Notes under the pieces: model-generated
What the model saw: the letters and a program-made list of their open reading frames with translations, nothing else
Database searches by the model: none
Told to the model about the DNA's origin: nothing
Made by a program: the position numbers and the translations under genes
Shown here: positions 40,581 to 50,736 of the stretch, one piece after another
Layout: the number at the start of each line of letters is the position of its first letter
How positions within the stretch are numbered: position 1 is the stretch's first letter
Assembly: GCA_963775425.1 (NCBI GenBank)
Contig: CAVZJB010000006.1
Coordinates: forward strand, 32,001 to 96,000
DNA: 64,000 nucleotides
Reading direction: 5' to 3'
DNA from: an uncultured delta proteobacterium
GTDB taxonomy: Bacteria > Myxococcota > UBA727 > VGSZ01

Positions 40581-41732
40581 ATGGAGATGCCCTCGATCAC
40601 CGGCCTGCGCGCGGAGCGGGCCCTCTCGCGCAAAGGCGACCGTGGCACCTGGCTCGCCCGCGACGCCGCCGGCGGCCGCGTCGTGGTGCGCGCCGTACAG
40701 GCCACAGGCGGGGCGAGCGCCGGGCTGCTGCCGGTGTTCACGTCGCGGGCGCTGGCGGCGACGGCGCTCCGGCTCCCGCAGCTCGTCCCCGTCACGCAGC
40801 GGGGCAAGGCCGACGGCGCGCTGTTCGTGGTGCGCGCCTACGTCGAGGGGGACGCGCTGCGCGCGGCGGGACCGGCGCTGCCGCTCGACGACAAGCTCCG
40901 CGTCTGCGTGGTGCTCGGCCGGGCGCTCGAGGCGGCGCACCGCCGCGGCTTCGTCCACGGTGGGGTGAAGCCCGAAAACGTGTTCCTCCGCGCGGGGCGG
41001 CGGACGGAGGGGGCGGCCGCGCTCGACGAGGTGCTCCTCACCGACGCCGCGCTGACCGCCGCCCACGCCGACGACCCGGAGGCGCGCGCGTTCGTCGCGC
41101 CCGAGCTCCGCGGCGCGGCGCGGGCGGGCGCGCTCGACGCCCGCATGGATCAGTTCTCGCTCGCGGCGCTGTGCTCGTGGCTCGTCGCCGGCGACGCCGA
41201 GCGCGGGGCGCTGCCGCCCGAGCTCGCGTCGTCGTCGCGCTTGGCGGACGCGCTCGCGCGGGCGCGCTCGGGCGAGATGCGAGCGCGCGCGAACCGCATC
41301 GGCGACCTCGTCGACGCCATCGAGGACGCGCGGGCCGCGCTCGGCGCGCCGGCGGCGGCGCAGGAGGGGGCGGACGCGGTGCGCGCCGACGTCAGCGGCC
41401 GGCGCCTGTCGATCACCATCAACGGCGTGTGGTCCCTGCGCACCATCGTGGCGTGCGTCGAGGAGGTCGACCGCGCGCTGGCGGCGGCGGGGCCGTGGGC
41501 GGTCGGGTACGTCGTGAACGCCACGGGCGGATCCATGTCGACGGCGGTGCTGGCGCTGCAGGATCTCCACAGGCGCCTGCGCGGGAAGCTCTCGCGCGTG
41601 GCCACCTGCGCGACCTCTCCGGAGGCGCGGGGCTTCGGTCTCCTCGTGGGCAAGGGCGTCGAGGGCGTGCCGTGGCGCGACTTCACGGACCCGACGGCGA
41701 TGAACGCGTGGCTCGCGGAGGGCGCGCGATGA
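40581..41732 (+). CDS. Ser/Thr protein pseudokinase with C-terminal STAS/SEC14-like domain
   Basis: AHRRGFVHGGVKPENV (HRD replaced by HGG), LTDAA (DFG degenerate), FVAPE, DQFSL; C-terminal alpha/beta domain ending AMNAWL. Confidence 0.72.
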   Translation: MEMPSITGLRAERALSRKGDRGTWLARDAAGGRVVVRAVQATGGASAGLLPVFTSRALAATALRLPQLVPVTQRGKADGALFVVRAYVEGDALRAAGPALPLDDKLRVCVVLGRALEAAHRRGFVHGGVKPENVFLRAGRRTEGAAALDEVLLTDAALTAAHADDPEARAFVAPELRGAARAGALDARMDQFSLAALCSWLVAGDAERGALPPELASSSRLADALARARSGEMRARANRIGDLVDAIEDARAALGAPAAAQEGADAVRADVSGRRLSITINGVWSLRTIVACVEEVDRALAAAGPWAVGYVVNATGGSMSTAVLALQDLHRRLRGKLSRVATCATSPEARGFGLLVGKGVEGVPWRDFTDPTAMNAWLAEGAR

Positions 41733-42346
41733 CGACGCTGACGGAGCGCGCCGCCACCGGGGTCCTGCGCGTCCTCACCGGGCGGCTGTGGGGCTTTCAC
41801 CCGAACCTGATGCCCGAGATCGTGCAGCGGCTCGGCGCCGGCGGCGCGCTCGCCTGGTTCGCGAAGAACATGCCTCGCTACGAAAAGACCATGAAGCTCC
41901 TCGGGCCCAGGCGCACGCACCTGCTGTGCCTCGAGACGTCGCTTCTGAACGGCTGCGGCTACTGCGTGTTCGGGCACGCGTACGCGTTTCAGCTCTACTA
42001 CTTCAAGGAGCGCGAGGCGCTCTTTCCCCTCGACGAGCACCAGATCGTCGGCCTGCGCCGGCTGCCCGACGTCGAGGTGCGCGCGGCGCTCGAGAGCGCG
42101 TTCGCGCAGGCGGGCATGCCCGAGGAGACGGCGGCGCTGGCCAAGCTCTGGGCGCTGCGCCTCGACGGCGCCGTCGCCGACGATGACGAGGGCCGCCGCA
42201 TGCTGCACCTCATCGAGATGTTCAACGTCTTGAACTACTGCGGCGTGGACTCGGCGTCGTCGGCGGACGAGGCGCACGATCCCATCAACAAGGACGAGGA
42301 GCTGCGCGCGCGCTACGCCGAGGCCCGCCTCACGGCTTCGCCCTGA
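41729..42346 (+). CDS. AhpD/carboxymuconolactone-decarboxylase-like protein
   Basis: TSLLNGCGYCVFGH (AhpD-type CxxC..H); ATGA overlap with the pseudokinase. Confidence 0.65.
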   Translation: MTTLTERAATGVLRVLTGRLWGFHPNLMPEIVQRLGAGGALAWFAKNMPRYEKTMKLLGPRRTHLLCLETSLLNGCGYCVFGHAYAFQLYYFKEREALFPLDEHQIVGLRRLPDVEVRAALESAFAQAGMPEETAALAKLWALRLDGAVADDDEGRRMLHLIEMFNVLNYCGVDSASSADEAHDPINKDEELRARYAEARLTASP

Positions 42347-43319
42347 GCAGGTCGCGGGCGGCGCGGGCGGGGCTCAGCGTGCCGTCGCGGACGGCGGCGA
42401 CGGCGGCGGCGGCGCGCGGGTCGGCGCGGAGGTCGCGCAGGAGCGCGGCTTCGACCGCGCGCCACAGCGCGTGCTCGGCCTGTTCGGCGCGGCGGGCGTC
42501 GAGGGCGCCGGCGGCCTCGAGGGCGCGGCGGTGGTCGGTCACGGCGCGCCAGACCTCGTCGACGCCGGCGCCCGCCCTGGCGCTCGCGAGCAGGACGGGC
42601 ACCCGCCAGCCGGCGAGGGGGCGGAGGAACATGCGCGAGCCCACGTCGTAGTCGTCGCGTGTGCGCCGCGCGGCCTCTTCGAAGTCGCCGTCGGCTTTGT
42701 TGACGACGATGACGTCGACGAGCTCGAGGACGCCGCGCTTGACGCCCTGCAGCTCGTCACCGCCGGCGGGCGCCACGAGGAGCACGAAGGTGTCGACGAC
42801 GTCGCGCACGGCGGCCTCGCTCTGGCCGACACCGACGGTCTCGACGACGACGACGTCGAAGCCGGCGGCCTCGCACAGCAGGAGCGCGTCGCGCGTGGCC
42901 GGCGCCGTGCCGCCGAGCGCCCCCGCCGACGGCTGCGGCCGCACGAAGGCGCGCGGGCTCTGCGCGAGGGACTCCATGCGGGTCTTGTCGCCGAGGAGGG
43001 AGCCCCTGCTCACCGTCGACGACGGATCGACCGCGAGCACGGCGACGCCGCCCCCGCCGGCCCGCGCTGCCACGGCCGGGTCGGGGGGGGCGCCGAGGAG
43101 GTGGCGGCCGAGGGTCTCGATGAACGTCGACTTGCCGACCCCCGGCGTGCCCGAGACCCCCACGCGCAGCGCGTTGCCCGTGAGCGGCAAGGCGCGCTCG
43201 AGGAGGCGCTCGGCGGCGTCACGGTCGTCGTCCCGGGTGCTCTCGACGAGCGTGATGGCGCGCGCGAGGGCGCGGCGGTCGCCGGCGCGGAGCTTGTCGA
43301 AGAGGTCGTCGGCGTTCAC
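42330..43319 (-). CDS. meaB: Methylmalonyl-CoA mutase-associated GTPase MeaB
   Basis: LARAITLVES, GTPGVGKST, AVDPSS, LGDKTRM, ETVGVGQSE, GDELQGVKRG, NKADG. Confidence 0.96.
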   Translation of the reverse strand: MNADDLFDKLRAGDRRALARAITLVESTRDDDRDAAERLLERALPLTGNALRVGVSGTPGVGKSTFIETLGRHLLGAPPDPAVAARAGGGGVAVLAVDPSSTVSRGSLLGDKTRMESLAQSPRAFVRPQPSAGALGGTAPATRDALLLCEAAGFDVVVVETVGVGQSEAAVRDVVDTFVLLVAPAGGDELQGVKRGVLELVDVIVVNKADGDFEEAARRTRDDYDVGSRMFLRPLAGWRVPVLLASARAGAGVDEVWRAVTDHRRALEAAGALDARRAEQAEHALWRAVEAALLRDLRADPRAAAAVAAVRDGTLSPARAARDLLRAKP

Positions 43320-43891
43320 GGGCGCCTCCGGGCCGGCGCGGGCGAGCCCCGAACGAGCTGCGCGAGGCGGGCGCGGGCGCCGCGGTCGCGGACGTCGTCG
43401 AGGAGCTCGCCGACCTTCTCGGCGTCGATGAGCCCGCGCGCGCGCAGCTCGCTCAGGTCGCCCGCGTCCTTGGCGGCGCGATCGGGGTCGACGGCGGGAT
43501 CGGTGACGAGCTTGTGCGCGACGAGGTGCGCGAGCGGCCACACCGGGAGCAGCTTGCCGAAGAGCTCCTTGCGCGTGGCCGCCATCAGCGCCAACGACTC
43601 GACGCCGAGCGCGGGGAACAGCAGGTCGACGCGCGCCTCCGGGTTCTTCACGTCCGGCACCACGGTGTAGTGGAACGGCTCCATGGCCGCGAGGGGGACC
43701 ATGCCGCGCCGGGTGAGCCTCTCGAGGAGCTCCTCGCGCACGTCGTCGGCGATGAACACGTCGACGTCGGCGGTGGCGCGCTCGTAGCCGTGGACACCCA
43801 TGGCCACCGCGCCGCCGACGGCCCAATCGGCGCCGAGCGCGTCGAGCTCACGCGCGCACTGCAGCACGGCGCGGCGCACCTTCGGGGTCAC
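43316..43891 (-). CDS. Pol-beta superfamily nucleotidyltransferase (AbiEii/DUF6036-like)
   Basis: WAVGGAVAMGVHGYERATADVDVF, RVDLL, HKL...RAAKDAGDL; GTGA overlaps at both ends. Confidence 0.82.
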   Translation of the reverse strand: MTPKVRRAVLQCARELDALGADWAVGGAVAMGVHGYERATADVDVFIADDVREELLERLTRRGMVPLAAMEPFHYTVVPDVKNPEARVDLLFPALGVESLALMAATRKELFGKLLPVWPLAHLVAHKLVTDPAVDPDRAAKDAGDLSELRARGLIDAEKVGELLDDVRDRGARARLAQLVRGSPAPARRRP

Positions 43892-44715
43892 GCGCGCTCC
43901 CGCAGCCGTCGCTCGGCCGTCGCGCGGTCGAGCGCGGGCGCCTCGAGCGGGACGGCGGCGATCATGTCGCGCACGGCGTCGGCGTCGACGGCGCCCGAGG
44001 CGAGCAGCGCGCGCGCGTCGGCCTCGTCGTGGGCGCCACGGCCGGCGAGCTTCGCGGCGCAGAGGTCGACGGCGTCGAGGAAGGGGAGCGTGGCGCCGTC
44101 GAGGGCGCGGCGCACCGGGCGCTCGACCGCGGAGCAGAGCGGCTCGAAGAGCGGGAACACCACGTCGACGTGGTCGAGCGGCGAGCGCGCGCCCTCGGGG
44201 AACACCAGGAACGACGTCGACGACAGCTTGCCCACCGCCGCGCCCGCCTCACGAAAGAGCTCGAGCGCGCGCCGGTCGGCGTCGGCGATGAACAAATCGA
44301 CGTCGACGGTGGGCCGGCGCACACCGTGCGCGGCGAGCGCCATGGCGCCGCCGATGGCCCAGCGCACGCCGGCGTCGTCGAGGCCTCCGGCGAGCGAGCG
44401 CACGAGCTCCCACGCGCGTCGATCGCCGTCTCCCGCGGGGCGCCGTCGTCGATCGGCGCGCGCGGGGGCCGCCGCGGCCCGGCGACGCCGGCTGCTCGAC
44501 GCACGCAAGCCGAGCTCGGCGGCGAGCGTGGGGTGGCGCGCCAGGAGGCCGAGGAGGATCTCGAGCTGCGCCCCGGGCTTCACCGCGCCGTGCCGCACCT
44601 TGCTGAGGTAGCCGGCGGACAAGCCGAGGGCGCGCTCGAGGTCGGCGGCGGTGACGCCGCGCCTGGTGATGCGCGCGATGTCTCGCGGCGGGCTCGAGCG
44701 CGGCTTGCGGGGCAC
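43888..44715 (-). CDS. XRE/MqsA-like HTH fused to a nucleotidyltransferase domain
   Basis: TAADLERALGLSAGYLSKVRHG..KPGAQLEILLGLLARHPTLAAEL (HTH); WAIGGAMALAAHGVRRPTVDVDLF, HVDVV, AAKLAGRGAHDEAD. Confidence 0.8.
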   Translation of the reverse strand: MPRKPRSSPPRDIARITRRGVTAADLERALGLSAGYLSKVRHGAVKPGAQLEILLGLLARHPTLAAELGLRASSSRRRRAAAAPARADRRRRPAGDGDRRAWELVRSLAGGLDDAGVRWAIGGAMALAAHGVRRPTVDVDLFIADADRRALELFREAGAAVGKLSSTSFLVFPEGARSPLDHVDVVFPLFEPLCSAVERPVRRALDGATLPFLDAVDLCAAKLAGRGAHDEADARALLASGAVDADAVRDMIAAVPLEAPALDRATAERRLRERA

Positions 44716-44732
44716 TTTGGAAAGATTCCAAA
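44716..44732. promoter_or_regulatory. Perfect 7-3-7 palindrome TTTGGAA-AGA-TTCCAAA, candidate operator
   Basis: AT-rich inverted repeat directly abutting the GTG start of the HTH-NTase gene. Confidence 0.6.
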
Positions 44733-44818
44733 TCCCCGTCGAGGCCGCAACCGGATCAGCGACCGGAGGGCGCGGCCGCGCTTGATCGGGGGTGCGGGCC
44801 GCCGGGAGGGGCTCACAG

Positions 44819-45238
44819 AGGCTGACGCGTAACGTGATCCATCGGGATCCGCGTCATCGAGAGCGCCGCGAGTGGCGACGAGGGAGCCACCCGGAAGGGG
44901 ACGGTGCTACGGCCACACGGCGGAGCGGAAAGGAGCTCCGAGCTCGGCGACGAAGACGCGCGCCGAGTTGAGCGCCGGGGCGCCGAGCTCTCCGCTCCTT
45001 TCCGCTCCGGCGGTGGCGACGTTGTCTAGCCTTCGCTAATTCCGAGCGCCCAAGCACTCGCAACTACGTACGGGGCTAGCGAAGGTGACGACGGTCGCCC
45101 TGATGGCAGCCGTGGCGTTTCCTCACAACCTGCCGCGGTTCTTGCGCGCCGACGTGCCTCGCCACGTACTCCGCGCGGCGAGCCACCTTGTGGGCGGCTT
45201 CGCCGAGTGCTGCTACGAGCCATATCTTTCGTCAGCCT
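44819..45238. ncRNA. Candidate ~420-nt structured non-coding element (ncRNA or MITE-like), family unknown
   Basis: Terminal IR AGGCTGACG/CGTCAGCCT; nested stems 44864-70/45174-80, 44872-78/45159-65, 44906-13/45109-16, 44921-36/44994-45009 (16 bp perfect), 44940-49/44981-90, 45015-20/45094-99, 45030-38/45077-85; no convincing ORF. Confidence 0.5.
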
Positions 45239-45239
45239 T

Positions 45240-47297
<2,058 letters not shown>

Positions 47298-47438
47298 GCG
47301 CCGGTCATGCCTCGGCCGCCGGCCAAGTAAACCCGGGCCGACGGCGGCAGGACCGGTCACGGCCGCTTCGCGGCGCGGCGCGCCACGGCCGGGGCGCGCG
47401 CCGTCTCTATGGCGCGTCCTCCCGCCGGCGAGGAAGCG

Positions 47439-47906
47439 TCACTCGTCCAGCAGCGCCTTCGCGGCGGCGACGTCGTCGCGGTCGAGCGCCGCGCGCGCTT
47501 GGCGCATGCGGCGCCGCAGCGATCGCACCGCGGCGTACGTGCGCGCGCGCGACAGGATCTCGTCGGCGCGGAACGGCTTTGTCACGTAGTCGTCGCCGCC
47601 GGCAGCGAAGCCGCGGATGCGATCGGCGCTCTCTTCGAGCGCCGTGACGAACAGGATGGGCACGTCGCCGTGGGTCCGGCGCAGGCGCCGGCAGGTCTCG
47701 AAGCCGTCGATGCCGGGGAGCACCACGTCGAGCAGGATGACGTCGGGGTCCACCCGCGCGGCGGTGCTCAGCGCGTCCTCGCCGTCCTCGGCCACCAACA
47801 CGCGGAAGCCGGCGCGCCCGAGCACCTCGACGAGCACGTCGAGGTTGTCGGGGCGGTCATCGACGATGAGCGCCGTCAGCGGCGCCTTGTTCGCCGCGGC
47901 GTTCAT
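47439..47906 (-). CDS. Response regulator (receiver + short helical tail)
   Basis: LIVDD, DVILLDVVLPGIDGFE, FVTA, DDYVTKPF. Confidence 0.92.
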   Translation of the reverse strand: MNAAANKAPLTALIVDDRPDNLDVLVEVLGRAGFRVLVAEDGEDALSTAARVDPDVILLDVVLPGIDGFETCRRLRRTHGDVPILFVTALEESADRIRGFAAGGDDYVTKPFRADEILSRARTYAAVRSLRRRMRQARAALDRDDVAAAKALLDE

Positions 47907-50026
47907 GACTCGTCCCCGAGCAGGCTGCGGATGGCGCGCACCTGAAACCGCGAGGCCAACCGCGCGAGGCGCTCGGCGAAGGCGGCGGTGGCGTCGTCCC
48001 CCGCGAGGTCGCGCGCCTTGGCCTGGAGCGCTGCGACGTCGCCGTCGCGGGCGAGGGCGAGCAGCTCGTCACGCAGCGGCCCCGTGAGCGTCGTCGCCAC
48101 GGGCGCCGGCGCGGCGCGGCCGGGCGCGGCGGGCGCGGGGGCGTCGACCACCGGCGCAGGGACGTCGACGACGAACGCCGCCCCCGTCAACGGTGGGGAA
48201 GCGTCGCCGAGCGAGAGCGTGCCGGCCATCGCCTCCACGAGCTGACGCGCGATGGCGAGCCCGAGGCCGGCGCCGTCGGTGGGCGCGAGTTGGAAGAACG
48301 GCTCGAAGATGCGCGCGCGCGCCTCCTCGGGGACGCCGGGGCCGCCGTCTTCGACGACGATGCGCGCGCGCGCGCCTTCCTGGCGAACGCGGATGGCCAC
48401 GCGGCCCGCGCCGTACTTGGCGGCGTTGCCGACGAGGTTGGCGAGGACCTGGCGCAGCACGCGGCGGTCGACGAGCACGGTGGTGTGCGCGTCGCATTCG
48501 ACGGTGGCGGTGATGCCGCGCCGGTCGAGATCGGCGCGGTGGAAGAGCAGGACGTCGTCGATGAGCGTCGCCAGGCTCGCCGGCTCCCGCACGAGCGCCG
48601 CCGCCAACGACGGCGCCGCCTGCGCCCCTTCGGCGCCGTCGTGCCGCGCCGCGACGAGGAGGGACTCGATGAGCGCCAAGAGGTGCTCGCCCGCGACCGC
48701 GATGACGTCGGCGCGTCGCGCTACGTCGTCGCGCGCGCCGACGTGCTCTTTGTCCGCGAGCACGCGGGCGTGGTGGAGGATGGCGTTCAGCGGCGTCTTG
48801 AGCTCGTGGCTCATGGCGGCGAGGAAGACGCTCTTGGCGCGGCTGTCGGCGTCGGCGCGCTCGAGCCTCTGCAGCGGGCGCAGCGCGCTCACCTCGGCGA
48901 GCCGCGGCACCGCGACGAGGACCAGCAGCGTCGTGATCACCATGACCACGGCGGCGAGCCACGCGACCTCGTCGACCGCGACGCGCGCCTCGAGGTACGA
49001 GAAGCCCGCGGCGACGCGGCGGCCGGCGGCGTCGGTGGCGAGGGCGATCACGGCGGCGTTCGCGGGCGTCACCTCGTCCGCGCCGTCGGCGGCGACGACG
49101 GCGCCGTCGGCCTCGCCCCGGGCCGCGCGGGTGAACACGAGGCCACGCGGGTGCTCCCCGTTCGCGGCGAGGGCGGCGTCCGCGGCGCGGCCGGCGGCGG
49201 CGCTCCCCTCGATGCGCGCCACGGCGCCCTCGGCGACGGCCGCGGTGGAGCCGAGCACGACGACGAGGACGAGGGCGGCGACGCGATCGGGGAAGCCCGT
49301 GAGCGCGTCGGTCTGTCGCACGAACACGAGCAACGCCGCCAGCGTCACCCACAACATGTACGCGGTGTACGTGCCCGCCGGCAGGCCGTGGGCCTGTGCC
49401 TCCGCACGATTGACGACGACGCCGGCGATGGCGGCGATCACGACGCACGCGAACGCGAGCGCGCTCATGCGCGGACCGCCGGAGAGCGCGCGCGCCTTGC
49501 GAAGCAGGACGAACAGCGCGGTGCCGTACGAGCCCACGAGCACCGCCGGGATGAGCGGGATGAGCGGGTCGAACGCACGCGTCGAACGCTGGGCGTGCTC
49601 GGCGACGAAGTTGTAGTGGACCTCGCCCGCCCCGGTGCCGATGAGATCCATGACGATGGCCGCCGCGGCCAGCGAGGACACCGCCAGCGTCACGCGCACG
49701 GCGACGCGCTCTTCACGCGGGAACCTGTGCCCGAGGAAGGCGTAGCTGAACGCGACCAGCGGCGGCGCCGACAACAAGACCGAGACCGACTGGATGCCGT
49801 AGTTGCACAGGTACGACAGCCGCTTGTCGAGGAGCGACATCATCAGCGTCTGCCCGAGCGCGAGGACGCCGAGGGCGGCGAAGAACAGCGCGAGCGGGAG
49901 GGCGGCGAAGGGGTCGCCTGCGCCGCGACGCCACACGCGCAGCACGTACACCATGCAGACCAGGTCGATGAGGGCGACGGGGACGGCGCCGAGGGCCCCG
50001 GCCCCGACGAGGAACGACGGCGTCAC
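47903..50026 (-). CDS. Multi-TM sensor histidine kinase
   Basis: About seven N-terminal TMs; FLAAMSHELKTPLN (H box), NLVGNAAKY, VEDGGPGV, IFEPF, GAGLGLAI. Confidence 0.92.
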   Translation of the reverse strand: MTPSFLVGAGALGAVPVALIDLVCMVYVLRVWRRGAGDPFAALPLALFFAALGVLALGQTLMMSLLDKRLSYLCNYGIQSVSVLLSAPPLVAFSYAFLGHRFPREERVAVRVTLAVSSLAAAAIVMDLIGTGAGEVHYNFVAEHAQRSTRAFDPLIPLIPAVLVGSYGTALFVLLRKARALSGGPRMSALAFACVVIAAIAGVVVNRAEAQAHGLPAGTYTAYMLWVTLAALLVFVRQTDALTGFPDRVAALVLVVVLGSTAAVAEGAVARIEGSAAAGRAADAALAANGEHPRGLVFTRAARGEADGAVVAADGADEVTPANAAVIALATDAAGRRVAAGFSYLEARVAVDEVAWLAAVVMVITTLLVLVAVPRLAEVSALRPLQRLERADADSRAKSVFLAAMSHELKTPLNAILHHARVLADKEHVGARDDVARRADVIAVAGEHLLALIESLLVAARHDGAEGAQAAPSLAAALVREPASLATLIDDVLLFHRADLDRRGITATVECDAHTTVLVDRRVLRQVLANLVGNAAKYGAGRVAIRVRQEGARARIVVEDGGPGVPEEARARIFEPFFQLAPTDGAGLGLAIARQLVEAMAGTLSLGDASPPLTGAAFVVDVPAPVVDAPAPAAPGRAAPAPVATTLTGPLRDELLALARDGDVAALQAKARDLAGDDATAAFAERLARLASRFQVRAIRSLLGDES

Positions 50027-50634
50027 CGTTTGATCCCGGGGGCGGGCGCCGCCGTGCGTTGCACGAGCACCCGCGCCACGAGCGCGGCGCGGCTCTGCAC
50101 GCGGAAGTGCCGGTACACGGCCTTGACGTAGTCGTGCACGGTGTGCGGGCTGAGGCCGAGGCGCGCCGCGATCTCCTTTTCGGCGAGGCCTTCGCAGAGC
50201 CCCTCGAGCGTCTGGCGCAGCCGGGGCGACAGCCCGGCCTCGCCGTCGCCGCCGGCCGCGGGACCGGCCGCGCCCGGTGCGGCCCCGCCGCCGTCGTCGT
50301 CGCGCACGTCGCCGTCACCGGCCTCGCTCGGGAGCCGCACCACGAGCATCGCCTGCAGGCCGTGCGCGCTGTCGGCGCCGGCCAGCGGCACGACGTCGAC
50401 GCTGGCGTCCACGGCGCCGGCCCTTCCCCGGAGGTGCTGGACGGCGCCGGCGGGCGCGTCGCGCACGACGCCCAGGAGCTCGGCGGCGGCGGCGCCGTAG
50501 GCGTCCTCCTCGGCGTAGCCGAAGGTGACGGCGGCGGCGGCGTTCCAGGCGCGGATGCGCCCCTCGCCGTCGACGCCGAGCACGGGATCCGGCAGCGCGT
50601 GGATCATGGCGAGGAGGAACGCGTCGTCGCGCAC
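50023..50634 (-). CDS. PAS + LuxR-type HTH transcriptional regulator
   Basis: GRIRAWNAAAAVTFGY (PAS); LSPRLRQTL..GLAEKEIAARLGLSPHTVHDYVKAVYRHFRVQSR. Confidence 0.88.
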   Translation of the reverse strand: MRDDAFLLAMIHALPDPVLGVDGEGRIRAWNAAAAVTFGYAEEDAYGAAAAELLGVVRDAPAGAVQHLRGRAGAVDASVDVVPLAGADSAHGLQAMLVVRLPSEAGDGDVRDDDGGGAAPGAAGPAAGGDGEAGLSPRLRQTLEGLCEGLAEKEIAARLGLSPHTVHDYVKAVYRHFRVQSRAALVARVLVQRTAAPAPGIKR

Positions 50635-50736
50635 GGGCCGAGGATAGCCGTGAAGGCGCTCGGGCGCCCGGGGTCCGGGCAAACGGCGGGAGCCCCTCCC
50701 CGGGGCTCCCGCCCGGCGGCCGCGGCCCCGACGGCG

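Noticed and set aside
45026-45223. Small protein-coding ORFs in the structured intergenic region
   Set aside because: Atypical codon usage, no RBS and no recognisable motif; the nested base-pairing explains the region better
44819-45238. Cobalamin riboswitch, RNase P RNA, tmRNA or retron ncRNA
   Set aside because: It lies 3' of the mutase gene and lacks a recognisable B12 box, the GAGGAAAGUCC motif and tRNA-like ends; there is no reverse transcriptase in the window
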